From: an uncultured Hyphomonadaceae bacterium
GTDB taxonomy: Bacteria > Pseudomonadota > Alphaproteobacteria > Caulobacterales > Hyphomonadaceae
Direction of reading: 5' to 3'
DNA: 64,000 bases
Assembly (NCBI GenBank): GCA_964415675.1
Contig: CAYQBG010000001.1
Location: 3,359-67,358, forward strand
The notes under the pieces were generated by a model. It did not search any database and was not told the DNA's origin. It was given only the letters and a program-made list of their open reading frames with translations. Below are positions 28,756 to 38,085 of the stretch, one piece after another (the stretch's first letter is position 1; each line of letters opens with the position of its first letter). Both the position numbers and the translations under genes were made by a program.

Positions 28756-29975
28756 CGCAGGAAATCACAGCCAGCCGGCAAGCCATTTCACACTTGAAAA
28801 ATGTTCCCGCCAGCTTCCGGGTCGGCGCACTTGCGCTGCTTCGCGCGCGGCGCGGACGGATCACCGTCACGCTCACCGATGATCGCCGGCTTGTCTATGA
28901 CCACGGCCTGCCAGGCCCTGAAGCCGAGATCATCGCGCATGATTACAGCTTCGTGAAACAGGTTCTGGCCGGTGGCGATATCGGGTTTGCCGAAGCCTAT
29001 ATGGACGGGAAATGGTCAACTCCGGACCTGACATCGGTCCTGTTATTCTTTTCCGAGAATTTCGAGGCGGCCGGCCGCCTCGCCGTTGGCGGGTGGATGG
29101 TTCGCATGGCGAATAATCTGCGCCATCTGTTTAACCGCAATTCCAAGGCCGGCGCGCGGCGCAACATCATGGCCCATTATGATCTAGGTAATGAATTCTA
29201 TGGCGCCTGGCTCGATCCGAGCATGACATATTCCTCCGCACTTTACACCTCGCCGAACCAGTCCCTGGAACACGCCCAGGCCGAGAAATATCAGGGCATC
29301 ATCGACAAGATCGGCGCGGGACCGGACAGCTCGATTCTGGAGATTGGTTGCGGCTGGGGTGGTTTTGCCGAATATGCTGCCAGGAACAGCGGCGCCAGGG
29401 TAACGTGCCTTACAATTTCGCAGGCCCAGGCTGACTATGCCCGCGAACGGATACAGCGCCAGGGCCTTGGCGAACGCGTCGATATCCGGCTTGAAGATTA
29501 TCGCGACCATGACGGGCAATATGATGGTGTGGCGTCCATCGAAATGTTCGAAGCCGTTGGCGAGGCATACTGGCCGACCTATTTCAGCAAAATCGCGAGC
29601 GTTCTGAAATCCGGCAGCCGCGCGGCTCTTCAGGTCATCACGATCGGTGATGAATTCTTCGACAGCTACCGCCAGCGCGCAGACTTCATTCAGCGATATA
29701 TCTTTCCCGGCGGCATGTTGCCGAGCGAGTCGGCGCTCAAGGACCAGTTTCGTAACGCCGGTCTGCGCCATGACGGCGTGCAGTATTTCGGTCATGACTA
29801 TGCGCGAACACTGAAGACATGGTCACAAAGCTTCAATGACTCCTGGCCCCAGATTGCCCCCCAGGGCTTTGACGACCCGTTCCGTCGTATGTGGAATTTC
29901 TACCTGTCCTATTGCGAGGCCGGTTTCCTGTCGGGGCGGATCAATGTCGGCCAATTCCAGCTGGCAAGGGCCTGA
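28752..29975 (+). CDS. Cyclopropane-fatty-acyl-phospholipid-synthase-family SAM-dependent methyltransferase (Cfa/UfaM-like)
   Basis: HYDLGNEFY motif and SAM motif I ILEIGCGWGG. ATG 28752 overlaps the DUF1365 stop (ATGA). Confidence 0.85.
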   Translation: MTQEITASRQAISHLKNVPASFRVGALALLRARRGRITVTLTDDRRLVYDHGLPGPEAEIIAHDYSFVKQVLAGGDIGFAEAYMDGKWSTPDLTSVLLFFSENFEAAGRLAVGGWMVRMANNLRHLFNRNSKAGARRNIMAHYDLGNEFYGAWLDPSMTYSSALYTSPNQSLEHAQAEKYQGIIDKIGAGPDSSILEIGCGWGGFAEYAARNSGARVTCLTISQAQADYARERIQRQGLGERVDIRLEDYRDHDGQYDGVASIEMFEAVGEAYWPTYFSKIASVLKSGSRAALQVITIGDEFFDSYRQRADFIQRYIFPGGMLPSESALKDQFRNAGLRHDGVQYFGHDYARTLKTWSQSFNDSWPQIAPQGFDDPFRRMWNFYLSYCEAGFLSGRINVGQFQLARA

Positions 29976-29981
29976 CCCATA

Positions 29982-29997
29982 GCAGGTCAGAACCTGC
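29982..29997. terminator. Short hairpin between the cfa-like gene and tRNA-Glu (possible bidirectional terminator)
   Basis: GCAGGT-caga-ACCTGC lies 6 nt after the cfa-like stop. There is no strong T-tract. Confidence 0.3.
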
Positions 29998-30028
29998 CTC
30001 TCTGCCAATTGCGACGGAAACGAACCGG

Positions 30029-30103
30029 TGGCACTCCCTAGGGGAATCGAACCCCTCTTTCCAGGTTGAAAACCTGGCGTCCTAACCGATAGACGAAGGG
30101 AGC
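30029..30103 (-). tRNA. tRNA-Glu (anticodon UUC)
   Basis: The minus strand reads GCTCCCT-TC-GTCT-ATCGGTTA-GGAC-G-CCAGG-TTTTCAA-CCTGG-AAAG-AGGGG-TTCGATT-CCCCT-AGGGAGT-G-CCA, 75 nt. It folds as a cloverleaf with a T-loop TTCGATT, encoded CCA and discriminator G. The 1-72 pair is G-U. Confidence 0.9.
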
Positions 30104-30184
30104 ACGCTGACCGGAACGCGCGATATAGCCGGGCGAACCCGCGCTGGCAAGCACCCCTTTGCGACCTTTCTGCATCCGCGCAGC

Positions 30185-31981
30185 CTATTCCACAAGCGCC
30201 GCATCGATCACTTCGAGCTGCACCCGTCGCCTGCCATTCCATTCATCAGCCTTCAGGCGCCCGGCCAGATGCAGCCGCGCACCCGAAAGGGCGGCCTCAC
30301 CAATGGCCTCATCGGCCATCCGCCAGGCGATGCATTCTATCCGTCCGGTCTCATCTTCGGCCTGAAACTTCAGATGGTTCGTCCCGATCCGCCGGGCACT
30401 GACGATTCGCAGGTCGCGAAACCCCAGCACGGGCTGGCGTGCGCCGGCACCGAACGGCCCGATCCGGTCAATCTGTTCGCAAAGATCTATCGTGGCCGCG
30501 CCGGGCGCGACAAGTGTGTCGATCTCCAGCTCACGCGCGGCGGCCCGCTCAGCAGAATAGTCGGCCATATGCGGGGCCATCCAGTCGCGCAGCACATCAA
30601 TCTGTTCCGGCTCACAGCTCAGCCCGCCCGCCATGGCATGACCGCCACCGGAGAGGATCACCCCCTCTTTTGCCGCCGCAGCAATCGCATCGCCGATATT
30701 CACGCCCGTCACCGAACGTGCCGAGCCTTTCGCCACCGGTCCGAGTCCCTCGCCCCAGCCTATCACTATGGCGGGCAGGTGAAACCGCTCCTTCAGCCGA
30801 CCCGCGACGATACCGATGACGCCGGGATGCCAGCCCTCACCACTGGCGATCAGGATCCCGCAATCGGGGTCGGCGGCAATCTGCCTCTCGGCCTGAGCCG
30901 TTGCCGCTTCAAGGATCTCCTGCTCGATCGCCTTGCGTTCGTCATTGAGCGCATGCAGCCGCTCAGCCAGCGCAATCGCCTCTGCGCGATCATCGGCCGC
31001 CAGGAGTTTCGCCGCCAGCCAGGGATCGCCCACCCGTCCGCCGGCATTAAGGCGGGGGCCGAGCATGAAAGCGGCGTGATAAACGCTGTCGATCGTGCCA
31101 AGCCCGGCGACATCGCCAAGCGCACGAAGCCCGGGATTGTCGCCGCGCGCCATCACCTTCAGACCTTGACGGACAAAGGCGCGGTTGACCCCGCGCAGGG
31201 GCGCCATGTCGCAAAGCGTACCCAGGGCACACAGGTCCAGCCATTGCATCAGGTCGGGCAACCCGCCCTCAGGCGCCACACCGCGCTGGCGCGCCAGACG
31301 GTTAACCGCCGCCACAAAAACGAAAACAACTCCGGCAGCGGCGAGATGACCGCAGCCTGACGCGCAGTCCGACCGGTTGGGGTTCACCAGCGCGGCGGTT
31401 TCCGGGATTTCGTCTCCCTGCATGAGGTGGTGATCGATCACGATCACTGGCAGATCGATCTCACGCGCCTCCGCCAGGGCCTTTGTCGCCGCAGCGCCAC
31501 AATCCACCGTGATGACAAGATCGGCGCCGCCCGCCTTCAGGTAGCGGAAGGCCTCCGGCGACGGCCCATAGCCTTCCTCCAGCCGGTCGGGAACATAAAG
31601 ACCAAGTTCACGGCCCCAGGCGCGAAAATAGCGCGCCAGCGTGGCTGAACTCGTCCCGCCATCCACATCATAATCGGCGAATACCGTGACATTGCGCCCG
31701 TCCAGCAGGGCGTCGAGCACGAGCCCGGCCGCCTTGTCCATATCGGCAAAGCTGGAGGGATCGGGAAAGGCCGTGCGCAGCGTCGGCGACAGGAACTCGT
31801 CGACCTCTTCAGGCGCAACATCGCGCTGCGCAAGCAGGCGGGCGAGAAGGTCATTGCCCTCCAGGCGCGCTGCGAGCCGGCGCACCAGCGCCTCGTCACT
31901 CGCCGGCAGGGTCCAGAACCGACCCGTCAGGGACTGGCCGACACCGAAAAGATGATCGCTTGATCGTGCTGGCTCGCTCAT
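30185..31981 (-). CDS. recJ: Single-stranded-DNA-specific exonuclease RecJ
   Basis: DHH family motifs (VFADYDVDG, ITVDCG, VIVIDHH) and DHHA1 motif GGGHAMAGG. ATG at 31981 (MSEPARSSD). Confidence 0.93.
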   Translation of the reverse strand: MSEPARSSDHLFGVGQSLTGRFWTLPASDEALVRRLAARLEGNDLLARLLAQRDVAPEEVDEFLSPTLRTAFPDPSSFADMDKAAGLVLDALLDGRNVTVFADYDVDGGTSSATLARYFRAWGRELGLYVPDRLEEGYGPSPEAFRYLKAGGADLVITVDCGAAATKALAEAREIDLPVIVIDHHLMQGDEIPETAALVNPNRSDCASGCGHLAAAGVVFVFVAAVNRLARQRGVAPEGGLPDLMQWLDLCALGTLCDMAPLRGVNRAFVRQGLKVMARGDNPGLRALGDVAGLGTIDSVYHAAFMLGPRLNAGGRVGDPWLAAKLLAADDRAEAIALAERLHALNDERKAIEQEILEAATAQAERQIAADPDCGILIASGEGWHPGVIGIVAGRLKERFHLPAIVIGWGEGLGPVAKGSARSVTGVNIGDAIAAAAKEGVILSGGGHAMAGGLSCEPEQIDVLRDWMAPHMADYSAERAAARELEIDTLVAPGAATIDLCEQIDRIGPFGAGARQPVLGFRDLRIVSARRIGTNHLKFQAEDETGRIECIAWRMADEAIGEAALSGARLHLAGRLKADEWNGRRRVQLEVIDAALVE

Positions 31982-32105
31982 TCGCAGAGTATAACAGAGT
32001 CGCGGCGGCCGGATACAAGAACCGGGCGCAGCGCAGGGCCGGGAACCCGGGACCTGAATGCGTTCTCGCCGCCCCACCCGCACGCGCCCCCTAACAGTGC
32101 TGCGC

Positions 32106-32120
32106 GTTCCTGCTATATTC
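32106..32120 (+). promoter_or_regulatory. Imperfect SOS-box-like direct repeat GTTC-N7-ATTC just upstream of uvrD
   Basis: GTTCctgctatATTC ends 6 nt before the uvrD ATG. It has one mismatch to GTTC-N7-GTTC. Confidence 0.25.
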
Positions 32121-32126
32121 GCAGAT

Positions 32127-34460
32127 ATGAGCACTCCTGCGAATCGCCCCTCCATCAGCCAGCTGGCCTCTGCGCGTGCGCCGTCCGCGCCTGCTGGCGA
32201 CGCCGCCTATCTGGACGGCCTCAACCCCGAACAGCGTGAAGCAGTGCTGGCCACTGACGGGCCGCTCCTGGTCCTCGCCGGGGCGGGTACCGGCAAGACA
32301 CGGGTGCTGACCACGCGGCTCGCCCATATCATCTCGACGGGAAAAGCCTGGCCGAGCCAGACACTGACCGTCACCTTCACCAACAAGGCCGCCCGCGAGA
32401 TGCGCGAGCGCGCTCTCTCCCTGATCGGCGATGCCGGAGAGGGGCTGCGCTGGCTGGGCACATTCCACTCGATCAGCGCGCGCATCCTGCGACAGCATGC
32501 CGAACTGGTGGGCCTGAAACCCTCTTTCACCATCATCGATACCGATGACGCCATCCGCCTGTGCAAACAGATTATCCAGGCGGAGAATATCGACCCCAAA
32601 CGCTGGACACCGCGTTATCTCGCCTCACTTATAGATGGCTGGAAAAACCGGGCACTGACGCCCGGCAATGTGCCCGAAGAGGAAGCCTATCAGTTCGCCG
32701 ACGGGCGCGGGATCAAGTGTTACGAAATCTACCAGGCCAGGCTGAAAGTGCTCAATGCCTGCGATTTCGGTGACCTGCTGATCCATAATATCACCATCTT
32801 CCAGAACAATCCCGACCTCCTGGGCGAGCTGCACCGCAAGTTCCGCTACATCCTCGTCGATGAGTATCAGGACACCAATGTCGCGCAGTATCTCTGGCTT
32901 CGGTTGCTGGCACAGGGGACTGGCAATATCTGCTGCGTGGGCGATGACGACCAGTCCATCTATGGCTGGCGGGGCGCGGAAGTCGACAATATCTTGCGCT
33001 TCGAGAAGGATTTCCCCGGCGCACATGTGATCCGGCTGGAGCGCAATTACCGCTCCACCGCGCCCATCCTTGCCGCCGCCAGCGCCGTCATCGACCACAA
33101 TAAGAGCCGGCTGGGCAAGACGCTGCATGTCGGCGATGAGACCGCAGCCGATCCCGACGCGGAGAAGGTGCATGTACGCGGCCTTTGGGATGGCGAGGCC
33201 GAGGCGCGCTGGATCGGCGACGAGATTGAAGCCTGGACCGCCAAGGGCCGCAGCCATGAGGATGTCGCGGTTCTGGTACGCGCCTCCTGGCAGATGCGCG
33301 CCTTCGAGGAACGCTTCATCATGCTCGGCATTCCCTATCGCGTGATCGGCGGTCCACGCTTCTTCGAGCGCGCCGAAATCCGCGACGCGCTGGCCTATCT
33401 GCGTCTTGTGCGCAGCGCCGATGATGATCTCGCCTTTGAGCGCGTCGTCAACCAGCCCAAGCGCGGTGTCGGCGCCGCCAGCCTGCAGAAATTGCAGCTC
33501 TATGCCCGCGAGGATGGCCGCTCGCTGGCCACGATCACGCCGATGGTCCTGCAGACCGACGAGATCAAGGGCGCCGCGAAACGCGGGCTCAACCAGTTTC
33601 TCGACCAGCTGAACATGTGGCGCGACCGGCTGGCGGGTGGCATGGCGCATACCGAGCTCGCCGAGGTGATCCTCGATGAGAGCGGTTATACCGACATGCT
33701 GCAAAAGGACCGCAGCCCGCAGAGCCAGACGCGTCTCGACAATCTGAAAGAGCTCATCCGCGCCATGGGCGAGTTCGACAGCCTGCCCGCTTTTCTCGAA
33801 CATATCGAACTGATCATGGATGTCGGCAGCCAGGCCTCTGGCGATGAGGTGCAGATCCTGACGCTGCACGGGGCCAAGGGGCTGGAATGGCCGCTGGTCT
33901 TCCTGCCCGGCTGGGAAGAGGAGATCTTTCCGTCCAAACGCTCGATTGATGAGAGCGGGATGAAGGGGCTCGAGGAGGAGCGACGGCTCGCCTATGTCGG
34001 CATTACCCGGGCGCGCGAGAGCTGCCGGATCAGTTTTGTCGCCAATCGCGTGATTTTCGGACGCTGGCAATCGGTCCTTCCCTCGCGGTTCATCGACGAG
34101 CTGCCGCATGAACATGTCGATGCCATGGCCGATACCGGCTATTCGACCCAGCCCGGCGCCGAGAGCGGCTTTTCAGGCACGGTCGAGGATCTTGGCGAGC
34201 GCTCAAGCTACACCTCGCCCGGCTGGCGGCGGATGAAAGCCAATGCCCGCTCCGTCTCGGACGCCCCGCGCACACTCGAAGGCGAGGCCACGCTGATCGC
34301 GACATCAGGCGGCGCGTCGGGCTTCAAGCCCGGCCAGCGCGTCTTCCACGACAAGTTCGGCTATGGCCGGGTCAAGACCGCCGAGGGCAACAAGCTGACG
34401 GTGGATTTCGAAAAGACCGGCATGAAAAAGGTCATTTCGACGTTTCTGGTGGGGGCTTGA
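32127..34460 (+). CDS. uvrD: UvrD/Rep/PcrA-family DNA helicase II
   Basis: Walker A LAGAGTGKT, motif II VDEYQDTN and helicase motifs through LTLHGAKGLEWP. ATG 32127. Confidence 0.92.
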   Translation: MSTPANRPSISQLASARAPSAPAGDAAYLDGLNPEQREAVLATDGPLLVLAGAGTGKTRVLTTRLAHIISTGKAWPSQTLTVTFTNKAAREMRERALSLIGDAGEGLRWLGTFHSISARILRQHAELVGLKPSFTIIDTDDAIRLCKQIIQAENIDPKRWTPRYLASLIDGWKNRALTPGNVPEEEAYQFADGRGIKCYEIYQARLKVLNACDFGDLLIHNITIFQNNPDLLGELHRKFRYILVDEYQDTNVAQYLWLRLLAQGTGNICCVGDDDQSIYGWRGAEVDNILRFEKDFPGAHVIRLERNYRSTAPILAAASAVIDHNKSRLGKTLHVGDETAADPDAEKVHVRGLWDGEAEARWIGDEIEAWTAKGRSHEDVAVLVRASWQMRAFEERFIMLGIPYRVIGGPRFFERAEIRDALAYLRLVRSADDDLAFERVVNQPKRGVGAASLQKLQLYAREDGRSLATITPMVLQTDEIKGAAKRGLNQFLDQLNMWRDRLAGGMAHTELAEVILDESGYTDMLQKDRSPQSQTRLDNLKELIRAMGEFDSLPAFLEHIELIMDVGSQASGDEVQILTLHGAKGLEWPLVFLPGWEEEIFPSKRSIDESGMKGLEEERRLAYVGITRARESCRISFVANRVIFGRWQSVLPSRFIDELPHEHVDAMADTGYSTQPGAESGFSGTVEDLGERSSYTSPGWRRMKANARSVSDAPRTLEGEATLIATSGGASGFKPGQRVFHDKFGYGRVKTAEGNKLTVDFEKTGMKKVISTFLVGA

Positions 34461-34481
34461 ACCGATTTGTCATTCGGCTCC

Positions 34482-34508
34482 CTCAAGGCCCGCCTCCCCG
34501 GCCTTGAG
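34482..34508. terminator. Hairpin in the convergent uvrD/GST gap
   Basis: CTCAAGGCC-cgcctcccc-GGCCTTGAG forms a 9-bp stem with no T-tract. Confidence 0.3.
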
Positions 34509-34606
34509 CCGGGGCCTTCATCCTCGTCTCTGAGAGGCCGCGCCTTCGAAGACCTTGCCCTGGCAGGCCCCGAATCTGCGCTTTGCCTCGTCCGGGAATG
34601 CGCAGA

Positions 34607-35257
34607 TCAGGCCGCTGCGAAAGGCAGGTCCGACATACGGGCATGCCAGCGCCCGAGATTTTCCAGTTCCTTGTGCGGCTGCCACTTCATCACGCCGGCA
34701 AAGCCGCAGGCGATATGCGCCGTGATGTCAGCAATGGAGAACCGGCCCGCCGCGATGAAGTCATTCCCGGCAAGATGCGCATCAAGGCGTTTCACGAAGG
34801 CCTTTGCATTGCGCTCGCTCTTCTGCGCGGTCATTTCGCATTGCGGGTTCTCAAGCGGCGCCATCATCGGATGGGCGTTGCGGAACCAGCTGGCAAACTG
34901 CACGAAGAACATCAGCTCCACGCGCCGGTCCCACATCTCGATGAGCGCCTTTTCCTTCGCATCACTGCCCATCAGGTTCGGCTCGGGAAACATGCCTTCG
35001 AAATAGGTGCAGATCGCCCGGCTCTCAGTGATTGACGTCCCATCATCGAGGATCAGGGCCGGCACCTGGCCAAACGGGCTGAGCTGGCGATAGTCCTCGC
35101 TCTTGTGCTCCTGCTCCATGATCGAGACTTCCGCAATCTCGACGGCGTCGAGCTTGCCCTTGGCTTTCAGGAACTTCGTGACGCGTTCCGGATTGGGCGC
35201 CTTCGGTGTGTGATAGAGTTTCAAGCCTTTATCCTCCCAGAGATTTTGAGGTGTCAT
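34607..35257 (-). CDS. Glutathione S-transferase family protein
   Basis: Thioredoxin-like N-terminal domain (KLYHTPKAPNPERV, GQVPALILDDG) followed by a helical C-terminal domain. Start ATG 35257. Confidence 0.8.
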   Translation of the reverse strand: MTPQNLWEDKGLKLYHTPKAPNPERVTKFLKAKGKLDAVEIAEVSIMEQEHKSEDYRQLSPFGQVPALILDDGTSITESRAICTYFEGMFPEPNLMGSDAKEKALIEMWDRRVELMFFVQFASWFRNAHPMMAPLENPQCEMTAQKSERNAKAFVKRLDAHLAGNDFIAAGRFSIADITAHIACGFAGVMKWQPHKELENLGRWHARMSDLPFAAA

Positions 35258-35305
35258 AACCGCGAACGGCGCATGGCCGCCAGCCTGCCCCAACGCAAAG
35301 CCTGA

Positions 35306-37204
35306 TCAGGCCTCTTCGACCAGTTTGACGATCATTTCGCCCTCAGCCATTTGGGCGCCGGTCTCTGCCCCCACCGCCTCGACCTCACCCTCGCGCGGGC
35401 TGTTGAGGGCATGTTCCATCTTCATCGCTTCCATCACAGCCAGCGTCTCACCCTTCGCGACCCGGTCCCCTGGCTTGACGTTTAGCGCGATCAGCTTGCC
35501 CGGCATTGGCGCCTTGAGGACGTCGCCGCCTTCGATCGCCTCGGCTTCGGCTTCATAATCGGGCACTTCGATGAGAAAGCTGTCACCCGCCGCCGTTACG
35601 GCAAAGCGGCCGGGCGAGAGATCAGTGACCAGCGGGATCGGCCCCTCCTCGCCGTCGATATCGGCGGCATGGGCGACCAGTTCGCCATCCAGCTTCAGCG
35701 CCATGCGCAATTGGGGGGCACTGTTGAGCCGCCAGCCATCGCGAATGTCCCACGGCTCGCCGGTCTCCGGCCCGGACAGGAGAATGTCCGTGACCGCCGC
35801 GAGTGCAGCGTCGCGATGTTCTGGCGGAACATGCGTCAGCCCATCGCCTTCCTCGGCAATCCAGTTCACATGATGGCGTCCCTCGCCGAAATCGACGGAG
35901 ACGATGCAGCGGCCGATAAAGCCGGCATTTCCCGGCACGCCGACAAGCTGTGTGTGGGCGAGCGTGCCGGCCAGCGTGTCGATTGCCTCATCGCGCGTCG
36001 CCTCATGCACGATCAGCTTTGCGATCATGGAATCATAGGTCGGCGGCACTCTGTCACCCGGCTCGAAACCGGTATCCCAGCGCACACGAACCCCATCGGG
36101 AGGGTCCAGCGGGCCGAATGCAAGTATCAGCCCGGCGCCGGGCCGGAACCCCTCGCCGGGATCTTCGGCGCAGATCCGCGCTTCGATTGCGTGGCCGTCC
36201 ATGGTGATCTCGTCCTGCGCGATCCCCAGCGGCTCGCCTGACGCGACCTTCAGCTGCAAGGCCACAAGATCGAGCCCTGTGATCATCTCCGTCACCGGAT
36301 GTTCCACCTGCAGTCTTGTATTCATCTCCAGGAACCAGAAACTCTCGGGCGTCAGCGGGCCGGACCCGTCGACGATAAATTCCACCGTGCCGGCGCCTTC
36401 ATACCCGACCTCTTCAGCAAGGCGCACGGCCGCATCAGTCATCGCCGCGCGGACCTCTTCGCTCATGCCTGGCGCGGGCGCCTCCTCGACGACTTTCTGG
36501 CGCCGGCGCTGGAGCGAGCAATCGCGCTCGAACAGGTGGACGACATTGCCGTGAGAATCGCCGAAAATCTGAACCTCGATATGGCGCGGCTGCTCGACCA
36601 ACTTTTCGAGCATCACCCGGCCATCCCCGAAGGCGCTTTCAGCCTCCCTTACAGCACTTTCAAGCTCGCCTTCCAGCGCTGAGGACTCATTCACGAGCCG
36701 GATACCGCGACCGCCACCGCCGGCGACGGCCTTGATGAGGAGGGGATAGCCGACCTTCTCGGCTTCCTTCGCGAGGGTCACGGCATCCTGCTTTTCGCCG
36801 CGATAGCCCGGCAGGACAGGGACGCCGGCCTCCTCGGCAAGGCGTTTGGCCTCATCCTTCAGGCCCATGGCGCGGATCGTGTCGGGCCTGGGACCGACCC
36901 AGACGAGCCCCGCAGAGATCACGGCTTCAGCAAATTCGGCATTCTCCGAAAGGAACCCGTAGCCCGGATGGATCGCGTCGCAGCCTTCCGCTTTCGCTGC
37001 CTCGATGATCCTGTCACCATTCAGATAGCTTTCCGCAGCCGCCGCTGGACCGATATGCACCGCGCCGTCAGCCTCGCGGACATGGCGGGCATAGGCGTCG
37101 GCATCGGAATAGACGGCGACCGCTCGTATCCCCCATTCGCGGCAGGTCTCTATAATCCGGCAGGCGATCTCGCCGCGATTGGCGATGAGGAGCGAGGAGA
37201 TCAT
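35306..37204 (-). CDS. mccA: Biotin-dependent acyl-CoA carboxylase alpha subunit (biotin carboxylase + BCCP), most likely 3-methylcrotonyl-CoA carboxylase alpha
   Basis: N-terminal LLIANRGEIACRI, an ATP-grasp core and a C-terminal biotinylation motif EAMKME. Context includes an MccB-type carboxyltransferase and an enoyl-CoA hydratase. Confidence 0.85.
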   Translation of the reverse strand: MISSLLIANRGEIACRIIETCREWGIRAVAVYSDADAYARHVREADGAVHIGPAAAAESYLNGDRIIEAAKAEGCDAIHPGYGFLSENAEFAEAVISAGLVWVGPRPDTIRAMGLKDEAKRLAEEAGVPVLPGYRGEKQDAVTLAKEAEKVGYPLLIKAVAGGGGRGIRLVNESSALEGELESAVREAESAFGDGRVMLEKLVEQPRHIEVQIFGDSHGNVVHLFERDCSLQRRRQKVVEEAPAPGMSEEVRAAMTDAAVRLAEEVGYEGAGTVEFIVDGSGPLTPESFWFLEMNTRLQVEHPVTEMITGLDLVALQLKVASGEPLGIAQDEITMDGHAIEARICAEDPGEGFRPGAGLILAFGPLDPPDGVRVRWDTGFEPGDRVPPTYDSMIAKLIVHEATRDEAIDTLAGTLAHTQLVGVPGNAGFIGRCIVSVDFGEGRHHVNWIAEEGDGLTHVPPEHRDAALAAVTDILLSGPETGEPWDIRDGWRLNSAPQLRMALKLDGELVAHAADIDGEEGPIPLVTDLSPGRFAVTAAGDSFLIEVPDYEAEAEAIEGGDVLKAPMPGKLIALNVKPGDRVAKGETLAVMEAMKMEHALNSPREGEVEAVGAETGAQMAEGEMIVKLVEEA

Positions 37205-37207
37205 CTC

Positions 37208-38002
37208 CTACTCCGCCCAGCGCGGCTTGCGCTTTTCAAGGAAGGCGGAGAGTCCTTCCCTGCCCTCGTCGCTTGCCCTCCTGGCCGCAATTCGCCGGGC
37301 CGTATCATGGCTCAGCTGCTGGTTGATCACCGCGCCTGTGACGTCGTGAACAAGCCGTTTTGCATCAGCGACAGCGCCCGGCGCTGTGTCGAACATCAGT
37401 TTCGACAGATGTTCCTCCATATCGGCGAGTCCCTGGGAGTCCTCAACGACATACTGGACAAGCCCGATCCTGTGCGCGAATTCGGCATCGAAACTCTCGC
37501 CCGTCACGAACAGGGCCTTGGCCCAGCGCGGGCCGATCGCATCGATCACATAGGGGCTGATCGTTGCTGGCGTGAGGCCAAGCCGGACCTCTGAAAAACG
37601 GAACACGGCCGACGACATCGCCACAGCGACATCGCATGCCGCGACAAGTCCAGCCCCGCCGCCCATCGCCGCGCCCTGCACGATGGCGAGCGTCATCTGC
37701 GGCAGGCCGTGCAGCTTGCGCAGCATCTCGGCCAGCGCATAGGCGTCTTCCTCATTTTCCTTCTGCGTGTAGTCCGCCGCCGCTTCCATCCATTTCAGGT
37801 CGGCGCCAGCGGAAAAGGATTTGCCATTGCCGCGCAGGATCACCATGCGCAGCTGGGTCTCGGCCCGCAGATTCTCGAAGGCGTCGGCGAGTTCCTCAAC
37901 CACAAGCGCGTTGAAGGCATTGTGCTTTTCAGGTCTGTTCAGGGTGACGATGCCTACGCCGCCAAGCGTCGCATCGAGCTGGATGGTCTCATAGGTCTGC
38001 AT
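37208..38002 (-). CDS. Enoyl-CoA hydratase/isomerase family protein (methylglutaconyl-CoA hydratase-like)
   Basis: Crotonase motif GNGKSFSAGADLKWM. Lies 3 nt upstream of mccA. Confidence 0.8.
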   Translation of the reverse strand: MQTYETIQLDATLGGVGIVTLNRPEKHNAFNALVVEELADAFENLRAETQLRMVILRGNGKSFSAGADLKWMEAAADYTQKENEEDAYALAEMLRKLHGLPQMTLAIVQGAAMGGGAGLVAACDVAVAMSSAVFRFSEVRLGLTPATISPYVIDAIGPRWAKALFVTGESFDAEFAHRIGLVQYVVEDSQGLADMEEHLSKLMFDTAPGAVADAKRLVHDVTGAVINQQLSHDTARRIAARRASDEGREGLSAFLEKRKPRWAE

Positions 38003-38085
38003 TCGGTTCTGCCTCCCGACTCTTCAGCCTTCAGCAGTAAAGCGAAGACGGCGTCAGGGGAACCCGGACGCGCTCAAACTCGGGC

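Noticed and set aside
30029-30103. G1-U72 wobble at the top of the tRNA-Glu acceptor stem as an oddity
   Set aside because: The rest of the cloverleaf is canonical. A single wobble pair is within normal tRNA variation and cannot be evaluated without comparison to the other tRNA-Glu copies.
29976-30184. tRNA-Glu as an integration site for a genomic island
   Set aside because: There is no integrase, no duplicated tRNA 3' segment and no compositional break on either side. The flanking genes (a cfa-like gene and recJ) are core functions.
30269-31360. 363-aa ORF on the plus strand
   Set aside because: It is antisense to recJ (DHH/DHHA1 motifs present) and has no recognisable domain.
32042-32064. 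EcfG/general-stress-like promoter GGAAC...CGTT in the recJ/uvrD gap
   Set aside because: The spacer is 14 nt rather than the 16-17 nt of the EcfG consensus.
32625-34115. 496-aa ORF on the minus strand
   Set aside because: It is antisense to uvrD, which has all helicase motifs. The composition is low-complexity and shadow-ORF-like.
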